Shown here: piece by piece, positions 51,560 to 64,000 of the stretch
Numbering within the stretch: the first letter of the stretch is position 1
Layout of the letters: the number at the start of each line of letters is the position of its first letter
NCBI GenBank assembly: GCA_000708835.1
Contig: DF236984.1
Coordinates: forward strand, 124,001-188,000
Reading direction: 5' to 3'
Source of the DNA: Klebsormidium nitens
Lineage: Eukaryota > Plantae > Klebsormidiophyceae
DNA: 64,000 nucleotides
The notes under the pieces: model-generated
Seen by the model: the letters and a program-made list of their open reading frames with translations, nothing else
Told to the model about the DNA's origin: nothing
The model's database searches: none
Translations under genes and position numbers: made by a program

Positions 51560-53763
51560 AGGCTGGTATTATCTTACTATTCCTGAAGTGTTTTTTCTTT
51601 CAATTCTGCATTGCAGACTCCAGAGTTTTTGCCGGTTTCAAGTTTTCAGTAAACTTTACCGGCCTCTGATGGCTGTTGCAGTGTGCACTGTCAGACTTGG
51701 AAGCGTTCCTAGCGACTAGCGTGTAGTACTATTCACCGAGTCAAGCGTGTTTCTGACGGTAGCGTGTTCAACGCAGCAAGAGCGGCGCGATTGGTCGCAC
51801 AACGCAAATACGTGGCCATGCAGGGAATTGTACGGAATTGTTCCTAGGGGGTTCCCACAGCCGCAGGGTTCAGGCCGCACTGTACGGCTGTCCCAACACT
51901 CGCGTATCCAGTCGACACTGCGAACGCTGGGGATCGTCTGCCCTGCATGAAGCATGAGGCGCATGCGAGGAAAGAGCATCATGCAAAAAGATCAAAAAGT
52001 TCTGCCAGTCTGCTGGCATGATTGGCTGCCGACTCCGACAGCGGCCTGGCAATATGGGGTCCTTCATGAAGAACGGCCAAAGTCTGTCCTGAGCTTCGGC
52101 AGCTCTTCTGTCTAATCAGTTGTCTGCGGATTCTCTGCGCATTCTCAGGTGTCACGGATGTCCCTCTAGAGCATCTTTCAGCAAGTCCATCTGCTGCAGG
52201 GGAAAGTGGGGCTGTGCAGGGGAACCCCTTATTGGAACCGCTGCTTACCTGTGGCTCACCACAGTCGAGGAGTTGCAGCATATGATATCGTCCATGGCCC
52301 CGTCCATGGCCTAAATCTGGGTCCTTCTGGTTGGTCATTTTCTGAAGTTTGTGCCTTCTTGATCATACAGTATTTGGGAAACGATGCAACTTTGAAAGAC
52401 TTCGCTTGCTTGCTTGGTAGGTTAGGTCAACAGGAATCAGATTGTTTGCTAAAGAAATAGAAGGAAAATGTCATTCTAGGGGTGTCCTGCCGGTGCCAAT
52501 ATTGGTTAGGGTTGCGATGCCGATAATCAAGAATCGTATCTCGGCAGCTTCAGATTGGTTTGCGCAACAATGTAGAGTTGCATTGTAGCCTTGTGGATGG
52601 CATTGCAGGCTTGCGTCCTGAGGCCCCAAAGACTTTGGCTTCGACTTGTGGACTTGATCACTGGCAAGTGATGATCAGGAAGATTCAGCTACACTCAAAC
52701 TGATGGTACGCTGGTGTTGGGACTCGACAACGACACGTTGTTTATGATTCTTGCAATTGTGGTGACTCATCATGCACCTGTGCTTTTGGTCGCAGGATAC
52801 TCACAGCATACAACAGCCTAGCTGTGCTTAAAGGATTGGCAGCTAGACGTCTATATTAATACAACGTCAGAAGCTGCTCTTGCTTGCGGAGGCATTTGGG
52901 TGGGAGGTGGCATTTGTTTGATTCACAAAGAGGTGAGCTCGGATTTGTGAGGTAGATTCTGAGGATGAAGGAGTCTCATACTTCTCAATTTCATGTTGAC
53001 TAAGCCTCGTTGAGGAAAGGTTCCGTAGCTGTATTGTTGTCCAAAAGCTTGTCGATGTTTGATGCAATCAAGGTGGTGTCCCCCCAGTCATGTGGATGGC
53101 GCGGCGATTTCCTGGGCCCCAACCAGTCCCTGTTTCTTGGCTAGCTTGTTCACTTTGTGGATGGCACTCCTGTCAAAGGCACCCCCTACTTTGCAGGGTC
53201 TCTCTCACATGTCATGGCGTTTCACTGATTGCACGGACTTTGCCTTCATCTAGCTAGCCATGCAACCCCGGAAGATGCCTAGCCGGAAACTAAAGTTCTC
53301 ATCAGGATCAACAGCTCTAGTTTCAACTTGTGCCACTGGCTGGCTGGCTGTCTGCACATCTCAGAAGTTCTCATTAACTTTTCTTTTTTTGGCCTTGAAC
53401 CAAGGGGTGTGCTGCTTTCAAGGGAGTCTGGGCAAATTGGGTCAGGAATATTTCTTGGAACTGCTGCAGATAAGCCAAGAACCTGGCAGGTCGATCGCCT
53501 TTACAATCAATAGGAGCCTAAACTGAAATTGAAGTCTGACATCCACCTGCAATTGATATGCTGTGCACCATTGATATTGTGACACAAAGCTAACTCATAG
53601 TCTGATTAGAATTATAGGCCTTGGTCAGAAATGTAAGTGGAAAATTCCGGGGACTCTAGGGGATTTTCTATGTGTGTTCGAATCCTCAAATTCTTGGTCA
53701 CCTTCAAGTTATTGATGCCCTGAATTGGCTCTTAAACAGGTACAAACCAGTGACCTTTCAAAC

Positions 53764-56700
53764 ATGATGGAGGCGCTATGGACAATGTTCGCAGTCCTAT
53801 TTATCTTGGTGGGCCTATTTGAGGGGAGTTCCTGTCTTACGATGGACCAGGTAGCTAGCCTCGTTCCTGGAGGCTTGGACGCTACGACTGCGCTCAACCT
53901 CAGCTTCCACGGTCTGACCGGGCCCATACCCCCCCAACTAGGTTCCCTGAAAAACCTTCAGCTCTTGGACCTCTCGAACAACCAGCTCTCCGGCCCAATC
54001 CCCCCTGAACTGGGGAATCTGACAAATCTGCGGATCTTGTGGCTACACGTAAATGCCCTGTCGGGGCCCATTCCAGCAGCGCTTGGGGGGCTTGCTTCAC
54101 TAACCACGCTGGCGCTCTTCAACAACAGCCTCTCCGGAGATATTCCCCCCCAGCTGGGAGAGCTGCAGCGGCTCCAGTATTTGGGATTTGCGTCAAACGG
54201 GTTGTCGGGCGTGATTCCTGCGGCTCTGGGGGGTCTTGCCAGCTTGACCTACCTCGACTTAGGTAGAAACTCTCTCATGGGCGCCATTCCCCCCGAGCTT
54301 GGCAATCTAACCAACCTCGAGCACATGTATCTTTCCTCTAATTCCCTATCCGGCCGCATTCCCCCAACGCTTGGCAAACTCACCAAATTGGTCAACCTTT
54401 CCTTGACTGGTGACTACTTCCAGTCGGCCAGTACCAGTCTGAGTGGCCCCATACCCCCCCAATTGGGCGCCCTAGTCAACCTCCGTTCCTTGGGACTTAG
54501 CGGCAACTCGCTTAATGGTACGATTCCGCCAGAATTGGGCCTCTTGCGAAGTTTGGAATACCTGTGGCTGCAAATCAACTACTTATCTGGGGGTATACCG
54601 GACGAGCTTGGTGGCCTTCAAAAGTTGCTCGTTCTCGACATCTCCAAGAACAGGCTGAGAGAGCCTATCGCCCCTGGCATCGGGCATTTTCTGGCACTGC
54701 AGGCTTTAGATCTGTCCAGCAACTACTTTAATGGACCTATCGGGGGGGGAATTGGAAACATCGTCAACCTTGAGCAGCTACGGATTGAGGGTTGCAACAT
54801 TACTGGGGCGATCCCCTCCAGTCTGGGAAAGCTTGTGAAACTAAGAGGGTTGATCTTGCGGTCAAATAGAGAACTCTCCGGACCTATCCCTGCGGAACTG
54901 GGCAACTTAAGATATCTGGAGAATTTGGATCTGGGGACTTGCAATCTAACGGGGACCATTCCGAGGGAGCTCGGTCGCTTTAGTCAACTGACCAGCTTGA
55001 GCCTCATGGAGAACCCGATGCTTTCGGGGCCAATCCCTGAAGAGTTTGCGGCGTCGCCTCGACTCTCTTATGTGCGCCTCAACGGGTGCAACTTGACCGG
55101 GTCGATACCGCAGTGGTTTGGGGAGTTATCCGGGCTAACCCTCTTAGACGTTTCCAACAACCGCCTTTCCGGGCCTATACCGCCCGTTCTCGGCAACCTA
55201 GTCAACCTAACCTCGCTCAGCCTTGCGAAAAACCGGCTGAGCGGTCCCATCCCCCCAGAGATATTCAAACTCGGCCAATTGACGACCTTGGAACTTGGCA
55301 CCAACAATCTTTCCGGCACTATTCCCCCCGGTCTTCGGTCCCTCACCAAGCTACAAACCCTGGCCCTGCAAGTCAATAGCCTCTCGGGGGTGATCCCTTC
55401 GTACCTGGGCAATCTAACCGATCTACGAAAATTGACTCTGGGCGCCAACCGATTGACCGGAACGATACCTCCCGAGCTCGGACGCCTGACCCAGTTGGGC
55501 TATATGGACGTGTCCGACAACAGCTTATCGGGGGGGATCCCTTCGAGCCTGGGTAATCTAAGTGCGCTAGAATATCTGTGGCTGGCCGGCAACCAATTGA
55601 CCGGCACGATACCTCCCGAGCTCGGACGCCTGACCGCACTCATGGTATTGAACTTATACAACAACAGCCTCGTGGGGCAGATCCCACCAGAGCTCGGCGG
55701 GATTGTAGCGTCGGGGTCCTACCGTCGTAATCAACTTCGCCTATCCCTTAGTAACAACCAGCTGTCCGGGCCCATTCCCTCCCAGCTCTTTCCAAAAGGG
55801 GCCTCCTATGACATCTTCGACCTGTCCAACAACAGCTTTTCCGGCCCCATTCCGCCCGAGCTCTCCGATCTCAAATATCTGAGGGACCTAAACGTAGCCC
55901 ATTGCAACCTGACCGGTCCCCTGCCACGGGGCCTTGGCGTCTTCGCAAGCATGATTTTGGAGATCGACGTGTCCCACAACCGCCTCTCCGGTCCCCTGCC
56001 GGACGATTTGGGCGCCCTCAAACGGTGCGGCCGTTTTGACATCTCGAACAACAGCTTCTCGGGGCCTATTCCCACCAGCTACATGGATGGGACGCGCGAT
56101 TCAAGCGGATGGCCGGTAACGGGGCTCGGCAACAAAGTCTTCCACGCCGCCTACAATCGTCTTTCCGGCCCTTTGCCCAGCAACGCATGCGCCTGGGACC
56201 TAGATCTGTCCGGGAACGCTTTGTCGGGGCCCCTTCCCGCTGACCTCGCCACTTGCCTTGCCGCCCGGATGGACCTGAGTGGGAATATGTTCGCTGGCGT
56301 GCCGCCTAAGCCGATTACCTCACCTGAGGTGCTGGGGCTTGACTACCCCCTGCCGGGCTGGTTATCCACCCAGAATATGACCATTATCCGTATGGCTGTC
56401 AACGATCCGCGGGTTTATTCTCTAGACCTGTCGCCACTTTCCGTCAAATGCAAGCTCGTTGAGATCGTTGGCCCCGCCCCCCAGTTGACCAACATCAAAT
56501 TCTGGGACGCTTGCGCGTCCGGTTGCGCGATCAATCTCATTGGCACTGGTGCCAAACTGTCGCGGGAAACGAGGCGCGCAGCTTGCCTTGGCAGGATCTC
56601 GGTCTTTGTGGAGGGAGATGCTCCCAGTGTTGTTGTTCCGTACATCGGCTCCTTCTCGCTTATCCCTTCATATCCACCCTACCTGCAAAATGACCGGGGA

Positions 56701-58223
56701 ACGTACTTCTTTGCGAACGACTCCGACTTCGTCGACAAGATCGACCTGGGTCCGGGCGGCCGCGCATACACGGGCGTCTCCTTTAGCCGCGTCCAGAACG
56801 GAAACCTCTGCCAAAACCCCGAGGCGAGGTACGCGGTCGCTGCCGCTTGGGGAGCCTTTGCGGCTGCGCTGCTCGTTGGCTCCGTTGCTCTTGCGCTCCT
56901 GGCGCGCCGCCCGAAAAAGGAGGGGGGCCCTGGCTGGCTGAGCAAACATTTGCTCTTGGCGAAGTGCGTTGCGGGCGGCTTTTACCTCTGGGGAATTGTA
57001 TCGTCCGTTCTTCCGTACGCCGATTTGTACACGGACGTCGCTGTCTTGAGGGACGTTTGGGGGGCCTGGCCGGCATGGGTTCTTCTCCCGTCGACTATAA
57101 GCCCCTTCGTCATCTCCGGCTATTACGCTGCCAATGCCTGGGCGGCTGGGGGGGGCATTTTCAGCCTGCCAGCGTGCCCCCCATTCCGGTGGGTCTGGCC
57201 TCCCTCCCTCTCCAGCGATAAGTGGGCCTCGAGCATCAGGGCCGCTCCGGTTCAAGGGGTTTCTGCCCGAGCGCTTTTCCTGTGGCCGGTTGCCATGTTG
57301 CGCCTCCCCGGGTTCGACGTGCTAGGTGTTCTGGCCCGGGCCGGGCTGGTCATGCGGTCGGGGGATGCGGTTGCGGGCATGGACGAGTACCTCAGCGCGC
57401 GCGCGCACCTGGACGTGCTGCTCCGCGCGCTCCCCCAGGCGGTCTTTCAGGTGAGTCGTGAATTTGGAAGCTTTGAAGAGTGATTGATTGTGATTGTCCG
57501 GGTTGAGCTATGACGAAGGGATTGAAGGACCGATTTGAAGAGTGTCAAGCGATCGAGGTGCTCTTAAAAGCTGCGGGACGATTGCAATCCTTAATTGTTC
57601 TCCGTTTGACAAGACGCATCGACTGTTTTCGCGTTGAAAGGGTTCTTTCAAATAGGTAGTTAAGGAGGCAAACGAAGCAACAAACTCACTTCGCGTCTTG
57701 TTGAAACGTTGTGCCCATCCTTCGATGCTTAGGTCTTCTGAGTAAGCTACCGAGAGACATTAATTGCAACATATCTCATTCCGAGCCGTTGGAATCATTT
57801 CTCATTCTGCCCTTTGGCCATTGCCATCTCTTTCAATCCTCTAAGGTCTCAAATGCCGGCTAACAGATTCGACGATAAACCTTCTCGAAGCGCCCCCGTT
57901 CTTCCAATGTAAAACCGAGAAGCGACATTCTCCAATATCTGCATTTTTGCTTTGCCAGTCGGTGATCTACTTTCTGGGCAGTTCTCGTGCGACGCGCATC
58001 TACATCGACGTGCGGATCTTCGGCCCCTCCATCGCTCTGTCTCTCGTCTCGCTGGGCGTCTACCTCGGGACCATGTTCTGGGAGTCGCTCAAAAGTGGCG
58101 ACAGGTTCCTGCTCGTCTTCTTGCGCCGGCCGCGCAAGATGCGCGAGATCACGCTCTTCACGGAGGTGGCAGCCCAAGACGGAGGGAGGGAGCTTCTGGC
58201 GTCAGGGAAAGCGACAGGCAGCG
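53764..58223 (+). CDS. Receptor-like protein: signal peptide, about 33 plant-type extracellular LRRs, juxtamembrane domain and multi-pass XK-like membrane module; no kinase
   Basis: Exon 1 53764-57450 (MMEALWTMFAVLFILVGLFEGSSC signal; LxxLxLSxNxLSGxIPxxLG repeats). Exon 2 starts at 57959 and either ends at the GTGAGT donor after 58223 or reads through to the stop at 58462. TM helix starts near 56830, then DLYTD, LRALPQAVFQ|SVIYF and SIALSLVSL. Confidence 0.85.
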
Positions 58224-60364
58224 GTGAGTGGTCGCCTGGAGAAAGCGAAGTTGCAGTCAAACGCTCTTGGATTCCAAGCTGCCATCTTCACTGTGCGCTC
58301 GAAGTTGCTACGTCTTCAAGCGGAAGCCAACACTACATGATGGCGGCAAGCGGTAGGCATGGGCGAGTTAAATTACACGGGGAACTTTGCTCCTTAACCA
58401 CCTGTTTTTTGCGGATGATTGACCGGACGCGAAGTGTGTTACCAGCCCTAATCAGGTTCTGAAGAATGGTGACTTTTCCTGCTGAAGACTTGCTAAGCTC
58501 AAAAGTAACGGTGTGCAGCTCTTGCTATCAAACATGAAGCTGCTCCCTTCAGATTTTAGCAGACGATGGAAGTGCTGTCCTGTCCGGTGAGGCTTCATGT
58601 AGCCAACTTCGATTGTCTGGCATCACTACGCAAGGAGCTATGGGATTGACGCCCAATTCTGAACGGTTCATCATTGTGTCTCTTAGGAAGTGCTGTTCGT
58701 TGGCATGCAATACTGTGGCCCAACACTGACGGCCGAACTCTTCCTAGCTTGTAACAAGGTATTCATAGGAGGATTGAGGCGGCAATGGTTCCCAGCTTAG
58801 TATGAGTCTACCAGCCACGGGTGAAAGGGATGGGTCATCAGAAACCTTTCGCCGGGTTCAATTTCCACTGATTGCCAAAGTTGAAACGAGCTCATGTTCT
58901 GCCTGCAGTCGACATGGCGTAGCCTACTGGTGACCAAGAGAGGAGATCCTGACGCGGTATCCATCTATAATTAAGACCATTCCAAGGTACACCTACAAAC
59001 AACCTATAGCTTTGTCTTCAGTCAACGGCCGCCCAGCCATGCAATTGTTGTCGGTGCATGACTCAGTGATTGCCACTGTCTCTTCAACACACTTCGACGC
59101 CCAATCAGACTTCGAGCCATGCGCTGCTTTCTTATCGATTGGTTGTATTTCGATTCATCCAACGTACTGGAATTCTGTGGCCATGCTTGCGCACACGCCA
59201 GCGATGAGTGCAGTATCCGACCTTTCCGACGTTTGTAATGATCTGCGTCCTATCCTTCAAACAATATGTAACTGCAGTGCTGACAGCACATGCATGAGAC
59301 ACTGATCGATCGATGGCCCTCGTGCCACCTCGCGAGCCTGTCGGGCCATGACGCCCGGGAGCTCGAACCGTCCCGGCGGGCGGGCGGGTGGGCGAGCGGG
59401 CCGCCACCGGGTGACTGGCTCAGTGACTGCAGAGCTTGGCCGGCCCGGGCGCCTGCAAGCTCGTGCTTCAAACTTCCAATGCTTGGTCGTCGGTCCCACG
59501 CACTGCAAAGCTTTAGTATGCAAAACATGCGAAGCGCCCGCTTGGCGTGCGGTGGGTCCAGTCGACCTATAGGGCCCGGGGTGCGGAGTTGGTTGTTTTG
59601 TTTCATGATGCCAGCAGCTAGACAGCGCGTACGGTTCCAGCTCGATCAATGCACTTTTAAATCGAGGGTGGTCTAACTTAAGTTTTACATGATACGCACG
59701 TAACGGTGCAGAGAACATCAAACGTGACGGGCGGGGCGCAACTGAGCTAAGGCCCCCGCCCACATATGGTATATACCGGCAGGCTGGCACGCGTGCCAGA
59801 CGGTGCCAGGCAATAATGTGCATGCGCACCATCATGCATGTTAGAGCACGCCGTGACGATCATACGACTCATCATCAGAAGCCGTTGCCAGAGCTTGATC
59901 AATTGTCGAAAACGGATACATCTACGAACACGTAACAACCTAATATGCATACTATGATTGCCTAGATAGATACGACTTCCTTATGCCGTAGGCAGTGCTA
60001 AGGCTCACACTGTGCTGAAGAAGGCAGGAGCGGATGAAGGCCACTGGCAGGCCAGCGCTGCCGGGCTAGCTGCCCGGAGTGCCACGTTGCAGACCAGAAA
60101 ATCGGCCGACTGGCCCAAGCGGCCAAGTGTCGGGCAAGCAGCAAAGTGCACCTGTTGGCTCGTCTCAATCTACTCCAGCTGCAGGCTAGCCTGTAATCAA
60201 TTGCAGGTCGACAATCTAGCTTTCGTGCTTCAGGCCTCGTGATGACTACGCGGGCGGTAATCTTCTTGGCCACTCTGCACAGGGCTCAACCGTCCGTACC
60301 TTTGTCAAGGAAAAGCATCCAGAACCACCCTACTAAAATCGCCTTGGTGTATCTAACCCCGCAG

Positions 60365-63300
60365 CTAATGATCGAATCTGAAGATGGCAGCGCCTCCCGC
60401 CGGCTTCGAGGCAAAAACTACCGACTCCAAGTCGCCCTCTTTTATGAGACCCCGCTCGACTCTCGACTTGTAGAAGTCCTCCTGCAGAGCAGCATGCGAA
60501 AGACCTGATATCAGCATACGATAAAGACCATCAGTCAACGGAAGACATCGGCGGAAGCAAATATGCACCAGGATTTCTCTGAAATCAGGCGACAGAGTCA
60601 TATCCGCAGATGCGAAGTCACATAGCAACCAAGCACAGCTCTCGGTTGTCTTTTAGTAGACACGTTATTGTCTCGGCTTCTCCAAGTTTTTGGTGATTTG
60701 AGCGGAAGAGCTTCTCCGCTTGAGTAAGAAGCTATCACGGAGGCAAGCAAATGAGAACTTTTTGCTGGGAAGACGACGTTGCGGTTTTGTGTCGCGCGAG
60801 TATTCCGCTCGCAAGACGCAAAATCGCAACGTTGTCGTCCAGGCGACGATCAAGCCCTGATTGTAATAAGGTGACGGCCCCCTTTCACCGGTCAAGAGGG
60901 ACGCTCACCGTCATTAAAAATATTGTTTCACCTGGTATAAAGAAAGCACTTGCTTCTCACTCCAGAAACGCGGTCTCTTACGAAAAGGGAACTTCTTTCT
61001 TGAGGAGCAGAAAGCACACCTCAGGAATCCAGGCTTCATCACAGCTGTCCAATGCTAAAAATGGAAAGAAAAGACGGGCGAATGATCACTGCAAGAAAGA
61101 TCACAAACGAGGCTAGGGGGAAGAGACACAAGAATTCACCTTCAGACTCTCGATGAAACCTGCCACGTGGCCGTCCCTTACGAGCGACACGGTGCAGCCC
61201 CCCCAGCCCGCGCCCGTCAGCCGCGACCCAATCGCGCCGTTCTTCCGACAGACGCCCACCAACTCCTCAAGCTCCTTGCAACTGAAGGGAAGGCAAACGC
61301 GGGTCATTTCTCTGGTTATTGCGGATGATTCTGAGTAGAGCTACGCCTAAAGAGGTGATACCTAGCTTCGTGATGGCGAAAGGGGCTGATTGGAGGTGTT
61401 GGTCGGTGTTTGCGCCGTCCTCCAACAAACGACCACCAACTCCAGCTCCTTGCAACTGGAGGGAAGGCAAAGTGTGAATCCCTACCTTAGAGGTTGCACA
61501 GAATATTCCAACTCAAGCTACGCAATTTAGTGTTTGGTCAGAAGCTTCTTGAAGGTGAAATGAGACGACTGGAAGTGTTGGTCGGTCCTTGCGCCGTCCT
61601 CGGACAAACGCCCACCAGCTCGTTGTGCTTCTTGCAACTGGAGCAAAGCAGAGCATGAGTCCTTTCTTCAAAACTTGCAGATTATGCTGACTCAAACTAC
61701 GCCAACTTGTGTTTGGTCTAAGCTTCGTGAAGGTAAAAGAAGAAGATTGCAAGTGTTGAGTCGGTCCTCTTGCGCTGTTCTTCCGACAGACGCCCTCGAG
61801 TGCCTCAAGCTCTTGGGAATTGACAAGGAGAAGAGTTGAGTTCTGCTGCTTCACATTAGTCTATGTACAGCAGATGCAACCAAGTGAAGTTGTATGAAGC
61901 CCAGCTTAGTAGAGACGGGCAGGGGGCGATGCATGATACATGCTATCTTCTTTCGACTGTCTCTCACCAAACGCCCACCATTTTCTCTAGCTCCTCGTTA
62001 CTGGAGAGAGTACGAAGGACGTAAGTTTTCAACAATTTCCGACTTTTTGAAGAGAAAGTTGACCCCTTTCGGAAGGCAGGGTCCCTGATTGGTGCCTCAA
62101 CTTCTTAAAACTCTCCACGTGGCCAGAGCTCTCGGAGCCGCAGAGTCACCCTATGAGGCCGCTCCGAAAACCGCAACACTGATCTCCAAACACGCCAAAT
62201 CCACTTCATCCGTCGCTTGGCATCCCATATCGCGACTCTCTGACTGCATGCGGCGTCTGTCGAGATGATACAACGTCCGTATGCTACTTCTTGTCTCGAA
62301 AACCTTCCTACAGTAGTCAACGTTTTGAACCCTGAAGTAGCAGCCACGCAAAGATAGGCATTGCAGTGTTCAAACGGCCTGTGAAAGCGGTGGAACCAAG
62401 AGGAGGTTTGTTTACCCACCTGCATTCGTAGAGCTCGCTACAGCTGGCGTGGCTCTCGTTCATAAGCTGTCCCAAGTCCTCCAGAACTTGATCGGACGAA
62501 AAGGACGCCCCGCTGCTGCAAACGGGACACGTGTAAGTTGCTCGGTGTAGAGTCGGTCACATGTGTATGGAAGTAAAGTCCAACACATACAATTGGCGAA
62601 TCCCAGTATTCCAAATTCGCCCTGCCGTTACAGCAAGGTGTGGGCCGGGTAACAAGGCCAGTCAATCGCCGAAACAACTTTTTGGTGCGCCGTACTTTAG
62701 TTGGAGTAATTTGGATCGGTCGTCCAGCCCAGTGCTTGTGCCAACCACTTTTTTCAGGATCGTTGGTAACAACCAGAGTGGGGGAGGGCGTGCCACGTGG
62801 CACTCTCTCGCAGGCTTGACAGATATGATGCAGGGGTAAAGGAGGCTCTACTGAGAAGCGCGTCCTACGAGCTGCCGTTTCAAGTCAGAGAATCCAAAAG
62901 AGCACGGAGACACATGGTTGATACGGGGCAGGAAGCGCGAGTGTAAAACAGCTCTCGCTGACCTGGATTGTGCACGCGCCGCGGTGTCCCGGAAGGCGTA
63001 GACGCGCTCCTTTTCGCTGAAGACGTGCTTGGCCCTCTGCGGAGCGGTCACTTTTCGCGTGATCAGTATTCTTGAGGAATGGTGCAAAATATGCAATCAC
63101 AACGGCGCCGTCCGCTCAGGAAAAGAAACTCAGTCTCTGCGAGTTGGTCACGAGGAGTGGTTGTCTACATGACCAAAGGAGTACACGGGGGAGTGTAAGC
63201 TGTGCAACGGAGCTCTAGATCGAAGCGCAGACAAGGCGCGGACCCCGATGCTGTTAGTTTAATGCGGACGAGTGGCAGATTCTAAAAGCGCAGGAAGCTT

Positions 63301-63919
63301 TTCCGGAAGCACCTCATGCTCGCAGGCCTTTTTAAGAACGCCGATGGACTACCACGCAATTTTAAGTGCTCTTATGGTCGCTTAAAAATCGAAACAACGC
63401 CTGCAAATTCAAGAACACCCGAAGACGGGAACCCAGAAACGAAAGACGGAATCTTCCGTACTGACTCGGAAAATTATCTTTTGATAAGTATTCATCATTT
63501 AAAGATTATTTTGGTTAAGATGGAGATCAGAAACTACATTGGACCCGGCGGGAGAAGAGGAGGATAAACAATATTTTTCGAATTCCAGCCCAGATTGCTG
63601 ACAAAGAAGGCAAATGGAAAAATTGTAAAGTAGTATCTCTCATAGCCGGGTGAAACCTGAGAATTTTCGAAAACGATTATTCACGGTGCTTGCGGGTGAC
63701 CTCTCAAGTCACTGCGGTAATTGGTGGAGAGGGCGTGCCAGAAAGTGGAACAAGGGACCCAAGCGGCAGCGTTTGACGACCCACCTTGTACAGCGCAAAG
63801 TGCTTCGCTGCCGCCAGGACCGCGAGCGAGGTCGGCGAGCTTTTCATGATCGTCTCCAGCTTCTCACCAAGAAGCTCCTCCAACTCCTCCGCAACGTACG
63901 GCTCCGGCTTCAAGTGAGC
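60365..63919 (-). CDS. GAL1: Galactokinase (GHMP kinase), 3' part; the gene starts beyond the window end
   Basis: Exons 63919-63785, 63036-62963, 62515-62420, 61281-61140, 60481-60365 give ...[10 protein letters not shown]...[27 protein letters not shown]...[12 protein letters not shown]...FYKSR...[13 protein letters not shown], the plant GAL1 C-terminus. Confidence 0.93.
61300..61830 (-). pseudogene. Three decayed tandem copies (about 180-bp period) of the acceptor and 5' part of the GAL1 exon 61281-61140
   Basis: gcaactg anchors at 61278 (real), 61452 and 61634, with a more diverged copy near 61815. Copies translate [21 protein letters not shown] and [16 protein letters not shown], versus the real [16 protein letters not shown]. 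Confidence 0.85.
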
Positions 63920-64000
63920 CTGCGGGACGGAGAGCGGAACCGGAACCGGTGAGTACAATAGCAAGCGGAAATGCCAACGGATTTTCAGAAATTAGAGTCT

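Noticed and set aside
53725-58462. LRR receptor-like kinase call
   Set aside because: No GxGxxG, VAVK-in-context, HRD or DFG kinase motifs follow the TM region; the lone VAVK in the read-through tail lacks any kinase context.

Overview
This is eukaryotic nuclear DNA with GT-AG introns and three assembly gaps (8919-9536, 16701-16849, 18884-18903); I saw no rRNA, tRNA, CRISPR or operon signals. Plant-type genes (PPD5, GAL1, extracellular LRR) sit beside motile-cilium genes (SPAG1, XRRA1-like), which suggests a flagellate streptophyte alga such as a Klebsormidium-like genome (inference). Eight genes were reconstructed by eye: the 5' part of a polycystin-like membrane protein (-), an Arg/Ala-rich helical-repeat protein (-), PPD5 (+), an intronless F-box protein (-), XRRA1-like (-) head-to-head with SPAG1 (+), a receptor with about 33 LRRs (+), and the 3' part of galactokinase (-). 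The most interesting candidate is the LRR receptor, which has no kinase and instead ends in a multi-pass membrane module with XK-related (Xkr scramblase) motifs. A second recurring signal is tandem duplication anchored on splice junctions inside introns (PPD5, XRRA1-like, GAL1). SPAG1 intron 8 carries a decayed array of about 300-bp units with a TTTAGGG insertion. All family assignments come from motif recognition, not database searches.
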